Of a stretch of 64,000 nucleotides of DNA, positions 27,094 through 46,000 are shown in pieces (within the stretch, counting starts at the first letter, position 1; every line of letters starts with the position of its first letter). The position numbers were made by a program, and so were the translations under genes. The notes below the pieces were generated by a model. That model made no database searches and was not told where the DNA came from. It saw only the letters and a list, made by a program, of their open reading frames with translations. The DNA comes from Eledone cirrhosa. Lineage: Eukaryota. The stretch lies in NCBI GenBank assembly GCA_964016885.1, contig OZ024740.1, forward strand, positions 319,424,001-319,488,000. Direction: 5' to 3'.

Positions 27094-27418
27094 AACTACT
27101 GCCACCACCACCACCACCACCACCACTACTAGAACCAACAACAACAAACACAAACAACAACTACTACAGCAACCAACAGCCAATAACAACTACTACCAAC
27201 CATAACAACAACAGCAATAGCACAGCCCAAAACAACACCAATACAAACCACAACAACAACAACAGCAACAACACCACCACCAACAACAACAAAAACACCA
27301 ACACCACCAATAACAGCAGTAGTAGCAGCTACAACCAACAACTACCGCAACTAACCACAACGAACGCCGCCAACAACGGCAGCAGCAGTAGCAGTCACAA
27401 CTAACAACAACAATAACT

Positions 27419-27463
<45 letters not shown>

Positions 27464-27470
27464 GCAGCGG
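26716..27470. repeat. Compound trinucleotide microsatellite (CTA/CTG/CCA/CAA)n
   Basis: Directly visible. Confidence 0.95.
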
Positions 27471-27520
27471 CGGAGGTATTGAAAATAACACCTGTGGTGA
27501 CAGTGGCGGCGGCAGCATCA

Positions 27521-28040
27521 GTCAGCACGTTTATACGGACCGAGAGCTTCCAGAGGTGTGCTGTATTGGGGTCGCCTTCAGGCGAGTTACGAACTCGGAC
27601 CATATCCTACCCAGACTGCGTCGTGGGAGACGCACCGTTTTTCAATAAACGGGCGTGCAACTCCAACCCTGTACCTCCGGTTAATCCTCCTCCTGCCGGG
27701 CGACATCGAGATCAAGCCAGGACCCATCAGCACGGCCTGCTACAGGAAATGTAGCGGCTTCACTCGAGTTCAACAGAAGAGTCATCAAAGCTTCGTCTGC
27801 AGTCTCTGGCGGAGGAACAGCCGTCGTGCCAACGCGTATATCGCCAGCAAGTGATCAAATTCTCCGATGCCACCTATGCCAGGGAAAGATCCGCACAAAC
27901 ACTAAACCAATCAAATGAGATGTCTGTCCTTGGTGGTGGAGGGTTGTCACCACCCACACGGCTCCAGCATGGATGAAATCGTGCGTCTCCCACACGCCAG
28001 TCTAGCGCTACTGAGAGGTAGTCCTCAGGCGCCGGCGGTA
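27521..28040 (+). mobile_element. 5' fragment of a LINE with a 2A-like peptide and degenerate Cys-rich finger (Ingi/L2/CR1-type)
   Basis: GC-rich island encoding LYLRLILLLPGDIEIKPGP (27669-27725) followed by scattered Cys residues. Confidence 0.6.
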
Positions 28041-28079
28041 GGAAAAACAAAAAAAAACAAAGCAAAAACAGCAGCGGCA

Positions 28080-31000
28080 GCCATAACTAACGACAACAAC
28101 AACACCACCTCCAACAAAAACAACAGTAGCAGCGGTTGCCACAACTAACAACAACAACAAAAATAACAACAGCAGCAGCAGCGGCAGCCACAACTAACAA
28201 CAACAACAATAACTCCAACAACAACAACAGCAGCAGCAGCAGGGACAACCACAGCTAACAAAAACAACAACAACAACAACAACTACAGCAGCAGCAGCGG
28301 ATGCCACAACAAATAACAACAGCTACAACAACAGCTGCAGCAGTAGCGGCTGCCACTACTAACAACAACAACATCAACAAGAATAACAGCAGGAGCAGCA
28401 GAAGCGGATGCCACAGCTAACAACAACAACAACAACACCACCAACAACAACAAATGCAGCAGCAGCCGCGGCACCCACAGCTAACAACAACAACAACAGC
28501 AACAACAACAACAACAACAGCAGTAGCAGCAGCAGCGGCAGTCACAACTTACAACACCAACACCAACAACAACAACACCAACAAAAACAACAACACCAGC
28601 ACCACCACTACCGTCACCAACACCAACAACACCAACAACAACACCAGCACCAGCACCAACACCAACAACAACACCAACAACACCAGAACCAACACCAACA
28701 CCAACACAAACACCAACAACAACACCAACACCAACACCAACACAACACCAACACCAACACCAACACCTGCAGCAACACCAACACCAACACCAACACCTGC
28801 ACCAACACCAACACCAACAACACCAACACCAACACCAACAACAACACCAACACCAACACCAACACCAGCACCAGCACCGACACCAACACCAACAACAACA
28901 CCAACACCAACAACACCAGCACCTGCAACAACACCAACACCAACAACAACACCAACACCAACACCAACACCAACACCTGCACCAACACCAACACCAACAC
29001 TAACACCAGCACCAGCACCAACACCAACACCAACAACACCAACACCAACACCAACACCAGCACCAACAACACCAACACCAACACCAACACCAGCACCAGC
29101 ACCAACACCAACACCAACAACAACACCAACACCAACACCAACACCAGCAACACCAACACCAACACCAACACCATAACCAACACCAACAACAACACCAACA
29201 CCACCAACAACAACACCAACACCAACACTAAAAACAACACCTACACCAACACCAACACCACCAACAACAACACCGACAGCAACACCAACAACAACACCAC
29301 CACCAACACCAACAACACCAGCACCTGCACCAACACCAACACCAACAACAACACCAACACCACACAAACACCAGCACTAGCACCAACACCAACACCAACA
29401 CCAACACCAGCACCAACACCAACACCAACACCACCAACACCAACACCACACCAGCACTAGCACCAACACCAACACCACCAACACCAACACCAACACCAAC
29501 ACCAACAACAACACCGATACCAACACCAACAACACCAACACCAACACCAACACCATCAACACCAACACCAACACCAACACCAACAACAACACCGACACCA
29601 GCACCAACACCAACACCAACAACAACACCGATACCAACACCAACACCAACACCAACACCACCAACACCAACACCAACACCACCAACACCAACACCAACAC
29701 CAACACCAACACCAACACCGACACCACCAACACCAACACCAACACCAACACCAACAACAACACCGACACCAACACCACCACCAACACCAACACCAACACC
29801 GACAACACGAACACCAACACCACACCAACACCAGCACTAGCACCAACACCAACAACAACACTGACACAAACACCAACACCAACACCAACACCAACACCAA
29901 CACCAACACCACCAACACCAACACCAACACCACCACCAACACCAACACCACCACCACCACCACCAACACCAGCACCAACACCAACACACACCAACACCAA
30001 CACCAACAACAACACTGACACAAACACCAACACCAACACCAACACCAACACCAACACCAACACCACCAACACCAACACCAACACCACCACCAACACCAAC
30101 ACCACCACCACCACCACCAACACCAGCACCAACACCAACACACACCAAAACCAACACCAACAACAACACCAACACTAACACCAACACCAACACCACCACC
30201 AACACCAACACCAACACCAACACCAACACCAGCACCAGCACCAACACCAACACACACACCAACACCACCACCAACACCAACACCAACACCAACACCAACA
30301 CAAACACCAGCACCAACACCAACACACACAGCAACACCAACAACACCAGCACCAACACCAACACCACCACCAACACAACACCACCACCAACACCAACACC
30401 AACACCAACACCAACACCAGCACCAACACCAACACCAACAACAACACCAACACCAACACCAACACCAGCACCAACACCAACACACACACCAACACCACCA
30501 CCAACACCAACACCAACACCAGCACCAACACAAACACCAGCACCAACACCAACACACACGCCAACACCAACAACACCAGCACCAACACCAACACCAACAC
30601 CAGCACCAACACAAACACCAACACCAACACCACCACCAACACAACACCACCACCAACACCACCACCAACACCAACACCAACACCAGCACCAACACAAACA
30701 CCAGCACCAACACCAACACACACACCAACACCAACAACACCAACACCAGCACCAACACCAACACCACCACCAACACCAGCACCAACACCAACACCAACAT
30801 CAACACCAACACCAACACACACCAACACCAACACCAACAACAACACCAACACTAACACCAACAACAACACCAACACCAACACCAGCACCAACACCAACAC
30901 CACCACCAACACCAGCACCAACACCAACACCAACATCAACACCAACACCAACACACACCAACACCAACACCAACAACAACACCAACACTAACACCAACAA

Positions 31001-34000
31001 CAACAACAACACCAACACCAACACCAACACCAACATCAACACCAACATCAACACCAACACCAGCACCAACACCAACACCACCACCAACACCAACACCAAC
31101 ACCAACACCAACACCACCACCAATACCAACACACACACCAACACCAACACCAGCACCAACACCAACACCAACACCAACACCAACACCAACACCAACACCA
31201 ACACCAACACCAACACCAGCACCAACACACACACCAACACCAACACCAACACCAACACCAACACCAACACCAACACCAGCACCAACACCAACACCAACAC
31301 CAACAACACCACCAACACCAACACCAACACCAACACCAACACCAACACCAGCACCAACACTAACACACACACCAACACCAGCACCACCACCAACACCAGC
31401 ACCAACACCAACACACACACCAACACCAACACCAACAACAACACCAACACCAACACCAACACCAACACCACCACCAACACCAACACCACCACCAACGCCA
31501 ACACCAACAACAACACCAACACCAACACCAACACCAACTACAACACCAACACCAACACCAACACCAACACCAGCACCAACACCAACACACACACCAACAC
31601 CAACACCAACACCAACACCAACACCAACAACACCACCAACACCAACACCAACACCAACACCAACACCAACACCAACACCAACACCAACACCAGCACCAAC
31701 ACCAACACCAACACCAACACCAACACCAACACCAGCACCAACACCAACACACACACCAACACCAACACCAACACCAACACCAACACCAACAACACCACCA
31801 ACACCAACACCAACACCAACAACAACACCAACACCAACACCAACACCAACAACACCACCAACACCAACACCAACACCAACACCAACACCAACACCACACC
31901 AACACCAGCACTAGCACCAACACCAGCACCAACACCAACACCAACACCAACACCAACACCAGCACCAACACTAACACCAACAACACTACCAACACCAACA
32001 CCAACACCAACACACGCACCAACACCAACAACAACACCAACACCAACACCAACACCAACACTAACACCAACAACACTACCAACACCAACACCAACACACA
32101 CACCAACACCAACACCAACAACAACACCAACACCAGCACCAACACTAACACCAACAAAACCACCAACACCAGCACCAAAACCAACACCAGCACCAACACC
32201 ACCACCAGCACCAACACCAACACCAACACCACCACCAACACCAACACCAACAGCAACACCAACACCAACGGCAACACCAACACCAACAATACCACCAACA
32301 CCACCACCAACACCAACACCAACAACACCACCAACACCAACACCAACACCAACACCAGCACCAACACCAACACCAGCACCAACACCAACACCAATACCAA
32401 CAACAACACCAACACCAACACCAACACCAGCACCAACACCACCACCAACACCAACACCAACACCAACACCAACACCAACAGCAACACCAACACCAACACC
32501 AGCACCAACACCAACAACACCAACACCAACAACAACTACAACACCAACACCAACAACAACACCAGCACCAGCACAAACACCAACACCAACAGCAACACCA
32601 ACACCAACAGCAACACCAACACCAACACCAACACCAACACCAACACCAACACCAACACCAACAACAACACCAGCACCAGCACCAACACCAACACCAACAC
32701 CAACACCAACACCAACACCAACAACAACGCCAACACCAACACCACCACCAACACCACCACCAACACCAGCACCAACACCAACACCAACAACACCAACGCC
32801 AACACCAACACCAACACCAACAACACCAACACCAACACCAGCACCAAGACCAACACCAACACCAACACCAACACCAACACCAACAACACCAACACCAACA
32901 CCAGCACCAACACCAACACAAACACCAACACCAACACCAACACCAACACCAACACCAGCACCAACACCAACACCAACACCAACACCAACACCAACACCTA
33001 CACCAACACCAGCACCAACACCAACACCAACACCAACACCAACACCAACAACACCAACACCAACACCAGCACCAACACCAACACCAACACCAACACCAAC
33101 ACCAACACCAGCACCAAGACCAACACCAACACCAACACCAACACCAACAACACCAACACCAACACCAACACCAACAACACCAACACCAACACCAGCACCA
33201 AGACCAACACCAACACCAACACCAACACCAACAACACCAACACCAACACCAGCACCAACACCAACACCAACACCAACACCAACACCAGCACCAACACCAA
33301 CACAAACACCAACACCAACACCAACACCAACACCAACACCACACCAACAACACCAACACCAACACCAACACCAACACCAACACCAACACCAACACCAACA
33401 ACACCAACACCAACACCAACCCAACACCTACACCAACACCAACACCAACACCAAAACCAACACCAACACCAACACAAACACCAACACAAACACCAGCACC
33501 AACACCAACACCAACACCAACAACACCAACACCAACACCAACACCAAAACCAGCACCAACACCAACACACACACCAACACCAACACCAACACCAACACCA
33601 ACACCAACAGACACCAAAACCAACACCAACCCAACACCACCACCAACACCAACACCAACACCAACACCAACACCAACACCAACACCAACATCAACACCAA
33701 CACCAGCACCAACACCAACAACACCAACATCAACACCAACACCACCACCAACACCAACACCAACACCAGCACCAACACCAACACCAACACTAACACCAGC
33801 ACCAAGACCAACACCAACACCAACACCAACACCAACACCAACACCAACACCAACACCAGCACCAACACACACATCAACACCAACACCAACACCAACACCA
33901 ACACCAACAGACACCAAAACCAACACCAACCCAACACCACCACCAACACCAACACCAACACCACCACCAACACCAACACCAACACCAACATCAACACCAA

Positions 34001-37000
34001 CACCAGCACCAGCACCAACAACACCAACATCAACACCAACACCACCACCAACACCAGCACCAACACCAACAGCAACACTAACACCAGCACCAAGACCAAC
34101 ACCAACACCAACACCAACACCAACACCACCACCAACACCAGCACCAACACCAACACCAACAACACCAACACCAACACCAACACCAACACCAACACCAGCA
34201 CCAACACCAACACAAACACCAACACCAACACCAACACCAACACCAGCACCAACACCAACAGCAACACCCACAACACCAACACCAACACCAACACCAACAC
34301 CAACACCAACACACACACCAACACCAACACCAACACCAACACCAACACACACCAACACCAACACCAAGACCAACACCACCACCAACACCAACACCAACAC
34401 CAACACCAACACCAACAACACCAACATCAACATCAACACCAACACCAACACCAACACCACCACCAACACCAACACCAACACCAGCACCAACACCAACAAC
34501 ACCAACATCAACATCAACACCAACACCAACACCAACACCACCACCAACACCAACACCAACACCAACACCAACACCAACAACACCAACATCAACATCAACA
34601 CCAACACCAACACCAACACCAACACTAACACCAACACCAACACCAACACCAACACCAACAACACCAACATCAACATCAACACCAACACCAACACCAACAC
34701 CAACACTAACAACAACACCAACACCAGCACCAACACCAACAACAACATTACCAACACCAACACCAAAACCTACACCAACACCAACAGCAACACAGCCAGC
34801 ACCACCAACACCAACACCGACCCCAACAACAACAACACCAACACCAACACCAACACCAACAACAACAACAACACCACCAACACCAACACCAACAACAACA
34901 TTACCAACACCAACACCAACACCAGCACCAACACCAACACAAACACCAACACCAACACCAACACCAACACCAGCACCAACACCAACACCAACACCAACAA
35001 CAACATTACCAACACCAACATCAACACCAACACCAACACCAACACCAACACCAACACCAGCACCAACACCAACACCAACATCAACACCAACACCAACAAC
35101 AACATTACCAACACCAACATCAACACCAACACCAACACCAACACCAACACCAACACCAGCACCAACACCAACACCAACACCGACACCAACAACAACAACA
35201 CCAACACCAACACCAACACCAACAACACCAACAACACCACCAACACCAACACCGACACCAACAACAACACCAACACCAACACCAACACCAACAACAACAC
35301 CAACACCAACACCAACACCAACAACAACAACACCACCAACACCAACACCAACAGCAACACCAACATCAACACCAACACCAACAACACCACCACCAACACC
35401 AGCACCAACACCAACACCAACATCAACACCAACACCAACAACACCACCACCAACACCAACACCAACAACAACACCAACACCAACACCAACACCAACACCA
35501 ACACCATACCAACACCAACACTAGCACCAGCACCAATACCAACACCAACATCAACACCAGCACCAACACCAACACCAACACCAACACCAACACCAACAAC
35601 ACCAACACCAACACCAGCACCAACACCAACACCAACACCAACACCAACACCAACACCAACACCAACACCAGCACCAACACCAACACACACACCAACACCA
35701 ACACCAACACCAACACCAACACCAACCCCACCACCAACACCAACACCAACACCAACACCAACACCATCACCAACACACACACCAACACCAACACCAACAC
35801 CAACACCAACACCAACACCAACACCACCACCAACACCAACACCAACACCAACACCAGCACCAACACCAACACACACACCAACACCAACACTAACACCAAC
35901 ACCAACACCAACACACACCAACACCAACACCAACACCAACACCACCACAAACACCAACACCAACACCAACACCAACACCAGCACCAACACCAACACCAAC
36001 ACCAACAACAACATATACCAACACCAATATCAACACCACCACCAACACCAAGACAAATAACACCAACAACACCAACACCAACACCAACACCAACACCAAC
36101 ACCAACACCAACACCAACACCAACACCAACACCAACACACACCAACACCAACACCAACACCAACACCAACACCAACACCACCACCAACACCAACACCAAC
36201 ACCAACACCAGCACCAACACCAACACACACACCAACACCAACACTAACACCAACACCAACACCAACACACACCAACACCAACACCAGCACCAACACCAAC
36301 ACCAACACCAACACCAACACCAACACCAACACCAACACCAACATCAACACCAACACCAGCACCATCACCAACAACACCAACATCAACACCAACACCAACA
36401 CAAATAACGCCAACAACAACACCAACACCAACACCAACACCAACAGCACCAACACCAACAACACCAACAACACCAGCACCAACACCACCACCAACACCAG
36501 CACCAACACCAGCACCAACACCAACACCAACACCAACACCAACACCAACAACAACACCAGCACCAACACCACCACCAACAACAACACCAGCACCAACACC
36601 ACCACCAACACCAACACCAACACCAACACCAACACCAACAACAACACCAACACCACCACCAACACCAACACCAACACCAACACCAACACCAACACCAACA
36701 CCAACACCAGCACCAACACCAACACAAACACCAACACCAACACCAACACCAACAACACCAACACCAACACCAGCACCAACACCAACACAAACACCAACAC
36801 CAACACCAACACCAACACCAGCACCAACACCAACACCAACACCAACAACAACATTACCAACACCAACATCAACACCAACACCAACACCAACACCAACACC
36901 AACACCAACAACAACACCAACACCAACACCAACAACAACACCAACACCAACACCAACACCACCACCAACACCAACACCAACACCAACACCAACACCAACA

Positions 37001-40000
37001 ACAACACCAACACCAACACCAACACCAACAACAACACCAACACCAACACCAACAACAACACCAACACCAACACCAACACCAACACTAACACCAACACCAA
37101 CACCAACAACAACACCAACACAAACACCAACAGCAACACCAGCACCAACACCAACACCAACAACAACACCAGCACCAACACCACCACCAACACCAACACC
37201 AACACCAACACCAACACCAACAACAACACCAACACCACCACCAACACCAACACCAACACCATCACCAACAACACCAACACCAACACCAGCACCAACACCA
37301 ACACAAACACCAACACCAACACCAACACCAACACCAGCACCAACACCAACACCAACACCAACAACAACATTACCAACACCAACATCAACACCAACACCAA
37401 CACCAACACCAACACCAACACCAACACCAGCACCAACACCAACACCAACACCAACAACAACATTACCAACACCAACATCAACACCAACACCAACACCAAC
37501 ACCAACACCAACACCAACAACAACACCAACACCAACACCAACAACAACACCAACACCAACACCAACACCACCACCAACACCAACACCAACACCAACACCA
37601 ACACCAACAACAACACCAACACCAACACCAACACCAACAACAACACCAACACCAACACCAACAACAACACCAACACCAACACCAACACCAACACCAACAC
37701 TAACACCAACACCAACACCAACAACAACACCAGCACCAACACCAACACCAACAACACCAACACCAACAACTACACCAACACCAACACCAGCTCCAGCACC
37801 AACACCAGCACCAGCACCAAAACCAACACCAACACCAACACCAACACCAACAACAACATCAACACCAACACCAACACCAACACCAACAACAACACCAACA
37901 CCGACACCACCACCAACACCAACGCCAACACCAACAACAACACCAGCACCAACACCACCACCAACACCAGCACCAACACCAGCACCAACACCAACACCAA
38001 CAACAACACCAACAACAACACCAGCACCAACACCACCACCAACACCAACACCAACACCAACACCAACACCAACAACAACACCAACACCACCACCAACACC
38101 AACGCCAACACCAACAACAACACCAACACCAACACCACCACCAACACCAGCACTAACGCCAGCACCAAAACCAACACCAACTACAACACCAACAACACCA
38201 ACTCCAACAACAACACCAGCACCAACACCAAAACCAGCACCAACAACACCAACAACACCAACACCAAAACCAGCACCAACACCACCAACAACACCAACAC
38301 CAACACCAACACCAACACCAACACCAACACCAACAGCAACACCAATACCAACATCAACACCAACCCCATCACCAGCACCAACACCAACACTAACACCAAC
38401 ACCAACACCAACACCAAAACCAACAACACCCCCAACACCAACACCAACACCAACACCAACACCAACAACAACACCAACACCAACACCAACAACAACACCA
38501 GCACCAGCACCAACACCAACACCAACAACAACACCAACAACACCAACACCAACAACAACACCAGCACCAACACCAAAACCAGCACCAACAACACCAACAA
38601 CACCAACACCAAAACCAGCACCAACACCAAAACCATCACCAACACCACCAACAACACCAACACCAACACCAACACCAGCACCAACACCAACACAAACACC
38701 AACACCAACACCAACACCAGCACCAACACCAACACCAACACCAACAACAACATTACCAACACCAACAACAACACACACACCAACACCAACACCAACACCA
38801 ACACCAACACCAACACCAACACCAACACCAACACCAACACCAACACCAACACCAACACCAACACCACCACCAACACCAACACCAACACCAGCACCAACAC
38901 CAACACACACACCAACACCAACACTAACACCAACACCAACACCAACACACACCAACACCAACACCAACACCAACACCAACACCACCACATACACCAACAC
39001 CAACACCAACACCAACACCAACACCAACAACAACATTACCAACACCAATATCAACACCACCACCAACACCAACACAAATAACACCAACAACATCAACACC
39101 AACACCAACACCAACACCAACACCACCACCAACACCAACAGCAACACCAACACCAACACCAACACACACACCAACACCAACACCAACACCAACACCAACA
39201 CCAACACCACCACCAACACCAACACCAACACCAACACCAGCACCAACACCAACACACACACCAACACCAACACTAACACCAACACCAACACCAACACACA
39301 CCAACACCAACACCAGCACCAACACCAACACCAACACCAACACCAACACCAACACCAACACCAACACCAACACCAACATCAACACCAACACCAGCACCAT
39401 CACCAACAACACCAACATCAACACCAACACCAACACAAATAACACCAACAACAACACCAACACCAACACCAACACCAACACCAACACCAACACCAACACC
39501 AACAGCACCAACACCAACAACACCAACAACACCAGCACCAACACCACCACCAACACCAGCACCAACACCAGCACCAACACCAACACCAACACCAACACCA
39601 ACAACAACACCAGCACCAACACCAACACCAACACCAACACCAACACCAACACCAACAACAACACCAACACCACCACCAACACCAACACCAACACCAACAC
39701 CAACAACACCAACACCAACACCAGCACCAACACCAACACAAACACCAACACCAACACCAACACCAACACCAGCACCAACACCAACACCAACACCAACAAC
39801 AACATTACCAACACCAACACCAACACCAACACCAGCACCAACACCAACACCAACACCAACAACAACATTACCAACACCAACACCAACACCAACACCAACA
39901 CCAACACCAACACCAACACCAGCACCAACACCAACACCAACACCAACAACAACATTACCAACACCAACATCAACACCAACACCAACACCAACACCAGCAC

Positions 40001-43000
40001 CACCACCAACACCAACACCAACAACAACACCAACACCAACACCAACACCAACAACAACACCAACACCAACACCAACAACAACACCAACACCAACACCAAC
40101 ACCACCACCAACACCAACACCAACACCAACACCAACACTTACAACAACACCAACACCAACACCAACGCCAACAACAACACCAACACCAACACCAACAACA
40201 ACACCAACACCAACACCAACACCAACACCAACACTAACACCAACACCAACACCAACAACAACACCAACACAAACACCAACACCAGCACCAACACCAACAA
40301 CACCAACACCAACAACTACACCAACACCAACACCAGCTCCAGCACCAACACCAGCACCAGCACCAAAACCAACACCAACACCAACACCAACACCAACAAC
40401 AACATCAAGACCAACACCAACACCAACACCAACAACAACACCAACACCAACACCACCACCACCACCAACACCAACACCAACAACAACACCAGCACCAACA
40501 CCACCACCAACACCAGCACCAACACCAGCACCAACACCAACACCAACACCAACACCAACACCAACACCAACAACAACACCAGCACCAACACCACCACCAA
40601 CACCAACACCAACACCAACACCAACAACAACACCAACACCACCACCAACACCAACACCAACACCAACAACAACACCAACACCAACACCACCACCAACACC
40701 AGCACTAACACCAGCACCAAAACCAACACCAACAACAACACCAACAACACCAACACCAACAACAACACCAGCACCAACACCAAAACCAGCACCAACAACA
40801 CCAACAACACCAACACCAAAACCAGCACCAACACCAAAACCATCACCAACACCACCAACAACACCAACACCAACACCAACACCAACAGCAACACCAACAC
40901 CAACACCAACACCAACCCCATCACCAGCACCAACACCAACACCAACACCACCACCAACACCAACACCAACAACACCCCCAACACCAACACCAACACCAAC
41001 ACCAACACCAACAACAACACCAACACCAGCACCAGCACCAACACCAACACCAACAACAACACCAACACCAACACCAACAACAACACCAGCACCAGCACCA
41101 ACACCAACACCAACAACAACACCAACAACACCAACACCAACAACAACACCAGCACCAACACCAAAACCAGCACCAACAACACCAACAACACCAACACCAA
41201 AACCAGCACCAACACCAAAACCATCACCAACACCACCAACAACACCAACACCAACACCAACAACAACACCAACACCACCACCAACACCAACACCAACAAC
41301 AAAACCAACACTAACACCAACAACAACACAAACACCAACACCAACACCAACACCAACAACAACGACAACACCAACAACACCAGCACCACAACCAACAACA
41401 CCAACACCAACATCAACAGCAACAACAGCAACAACACCAACACCAACAACAACACCAACACCAACAACAACACCAGCACCAACACCAACACCAACACCAA
41501 CACCAACACCAACACCAACACCAACACCAACAGCACCAACACCAACAACACCAACAACACCAGCACCAACACCACCACCAACACCAGCACCAACACCAGC
41601 ACCAACACCAACACCAACACCAACACAAACAACAACACCAGCACCAACACCACCACCAACACCAACACCAACACCAACACCAACACCAACAACAACACCA
41701 ACACCACCACCAACACCAACACCAACACCAACAACACCAACACCAACACTAACACCAGCACCAACACCAACACAAACACCAACACCAACACCAATACCAG
41801 CACCAACACCAACACCAACACCAACACCAACAACAACATTACCAACACCAACATCAACACCAACACCAACACCAACACCAACACCACCACCAACACCAAC
41901 AACAACACCAACACCAACACCAACACCAACAACAACACCAACACCAACACCACCACCAACACCAACAACAACACCAACACCACCACCAACACCAACACCA
42001 ACAACAACACCAACACCAACACCAACACCAACACCAACACCAACAACAACACCAACACCAACACCAACACCAACAACAACACCAACACCAACACCAACAA
42101 CAACACCAACACCAACACCAACACAAACACCAACACAAACACCAACACCAGCATCAACACCAACACCAACAACACCACCACCAACACCAGCACCAACACC
42201 AGCACCAACACCAACACCAACACCAACACCAACAACAACACCAGCACCAACACCAGCACCAACACCAACACCAACACCAACACCAACAACAACACCAGCA
42301 CCAACACCACCACCAACACCAACACCAACACCAGCACCAACACCACCACCAACACCAACACCAGCACCAACACCACCACCAACACCAGCACCAACACCAA
42401 CACCAACACCAACACCAACAACTAAACCAACACCAACACCAGCTCCAGCACCAACACCAGCACCAGCACCAAAACCAAAACCAACACCAACACCAACACC
42501 AACAACAACATCAACACCAACACCAACACCAACACCAACAACAACACCAACACTAACACCACCACCAACACCAACACCAACACCAACAACAACACCAGCA
42601 CCAACACCACCACCAACACCAGCACCAACACCAGCACCAACACCAACACCAACACCAACACCAACAACAACACCAGCACCAACACCACCACCAACACCAA
42701 CACCAACACCAACACCAACACCAACAACAACACCAACACCACCACCAACACCAACACCAACACCAACAACAACACCAACACCAACACCACCACCAACACC
42801 AGCACTAACACCAGCACCAAAACTTACACCAACAACAACACCAACAACACCAACACCAACAACAACACCAGCACCAACACCAAAACCAGCAACAACAACA
42901 CCAACAACACCAACACCAAAACCAGCACCAACACCAAAACCATCACCAACACCACCAACAACACCAACACCAACACCAACACCAACAGCAACACCAACAC

Positions 43001-46000
43001 CAGCACCAACACCACCACCAACACCAACACCAACACTAGCACCAACACCACCACCAACACCAACACCAGCACCAACACCACCACCAACACCAGCACCAAC
43101 ACCAACACCAACACCAACACCAACAACTAAACCAACACCAACACCAGCTCCAGCACCAACACCAGCACCAGCACCAAAACCAAAACCAACACCAACACCA
43201 ACACCAACAACAACATCAACACCAACACCAACACCAACACCAACAACAACACCAACACTAACACCACCACCAACACCAACACCAACACCAACAACAACAC
43301 CAGCACCAACACCACCACCAACACCAGCACCAACACCAGCACCAACACCAACACCAACACCAACACCAACAACAACACCAGCACCAACACCACCACCAAC
43401 ACCAACACCAACACCAACACCAACACCAACAACAACACCAACACCACCACCAACACCAACACCAACACCAACAACAACACCAACACCAACACCACCACCA
43501 ACACCAGCACTAACACCAGCACCAAAACTTACACCAACAACAACACCAACAACACCAACACCAACAACAACACCAGCACCAACACCAAAACCAGCACCAA
43601 CAACACCAACAACACCAACACCAAAACCAGCACCAACACCAAAACCATCACCAACACCAACAACAACACCAGCACCAACACCAAAACCAGCACCAACAAC
43701 ACCAACACCAACACCAAAACCAGCACCAACACCAAAACCATCACCAACACCACCAACAACACCAACACCAACACCAACACCAACCCCATCACCAGCACCA
43801 ACACCAACAACAACACCACCACCAACACCAACACCAACAACACCCCCAACACCAACACCAACACCAACACCAACAACAACACCAACACCAACACCAACAA
43901 CAACACCAGCACCAGCACCAACACCAACACCAACAACAACACCAACAACACCAACACCAACAACAACACCAGCACCAACACCAAAACCAGCACCAACAAC
44001 ACCAACAACACCAACACCAAAACCAGCACCAACACCAAAACCATCACCAACACCACCAACAACACCAACACCAACACCAACAACAATACCAACACCACCA
44101 CCAACACCAACACCAACAACAACACCAGCACTAACACCAACAACAACACAAACACCAACACCAACACCAACACCAACAACAACGACAACACCAACAACAC
44201 CAGCACCACAACCAACAACACCAACACCAACAGCAACAACACCAACAACACCAACACCAACACCAGCAGCAACAACACCAACACCACCAGCACCAACACC
44301 AACAACAACACCAACACCAACAACAACACCAGCACCAACACCAACACCAACACCAACACCAACACCAACACCGACACCAACACCAACACCAGCACCAACA
44401 CCAACACAAACACCAATACCAACACCAATACCAACACCAACACCAACAACACCAACACCAACAACACCAACACCAACTCCAGCACCAACACCAACACAAA
44501 CACCAATACCAACACCAACACCAACACAGACACAAACAGCAAAACCAGCAACAACACCAACACCAACACAAACACCAATACCAACACCAATACCAACACC
44601 AACACCAACAACACCAACACCAACAACACCAACACCAACTCCAGCACCAACACCAACACAAACACCAATACCAACACCAACACCAACACAGACACAAACA
44701 CCAACACCAACACCAACACCAACACGAACACCAACACCAACACCAACACCAGCACCAAGACCAACACCAACACCAACACCAACACCAACAACACCAACAC
44801 CAACACCAACACCAACACCAACACCAGCACGAACACAAACACCAACATCAACACCAACACCAACACCAACACCAACACCAACACCAGCACCAGCACCAAC
44901 ACCAACACGAACAACACCAACACCAACACCAACACCAAAACCAGCACCAACACCAACACCAACAACAACAACAACTTTACCAACACCAACACCAACACCT
45001 ACGCCAACACCAACACCAACACCACCAGGACCAACACCACCACCAACACCGACACCAACACCAACAACACCAACACCAACACCGACACCAACACCAACAC
45101 CAACACCAACACCAACAACACCAACACCAACATCAAAACCAGCACCAGCACCAACACCAACATTAAAAACAACAATACCAACACCAACACCAACACCTAC
45201 ACCAACACCAACACCAACAACAACAACACCAACACCAACACTAACACCAACACCAACACCAACAACACCAACACCAACACCGACACCAACAACAACAACA
45301 CCAACACCAACACCGACACTAACACCAACACCAACACCAACAACACCAACACCAACACCAAAACCAGGACCAACACCAACACCAACAATAAGAACAACAA
45401 TACCAACAGCAACACCAACACCTACACCAACACCAACACCAACACCAGCACCAACACAAACACCAACACCAACACCAACACCAACACCAACACCAACACC
45501 AACACCAGCACCAACACCAACACCAACACCAACACCAATTCCAACACCAACACCAAAACCAGCACCAACACCAACACCAACAACAACAACAACTTTACCA
45601 ACAACAACACCAACACCTACACCAACACCAACACCAACACCACCAGCACCAACACCACCAACACCAACACCCACACCAACAACAACAACACCAACACCAA
45701 CACCGACACCAACACCAACACCAACACCAACACCTACACCAACACCAACACCAACACCAACAACACCAACACCACCACCAACACCAACACCGACACCAAC
45801 AACAACAACACCAACACCAACACCGACACCAACACCAACACCAACACCAAAACCAGGACCAACACCAACACCAACAATAAGAACATCAATAACAACACCA
45901 ACACCAACAACACCAACACCAACTCCAGCACCAACACCAACACAAACACCAACACCAACACCAACACCAACAATAAGAACATCAATAACAACACCAACAC

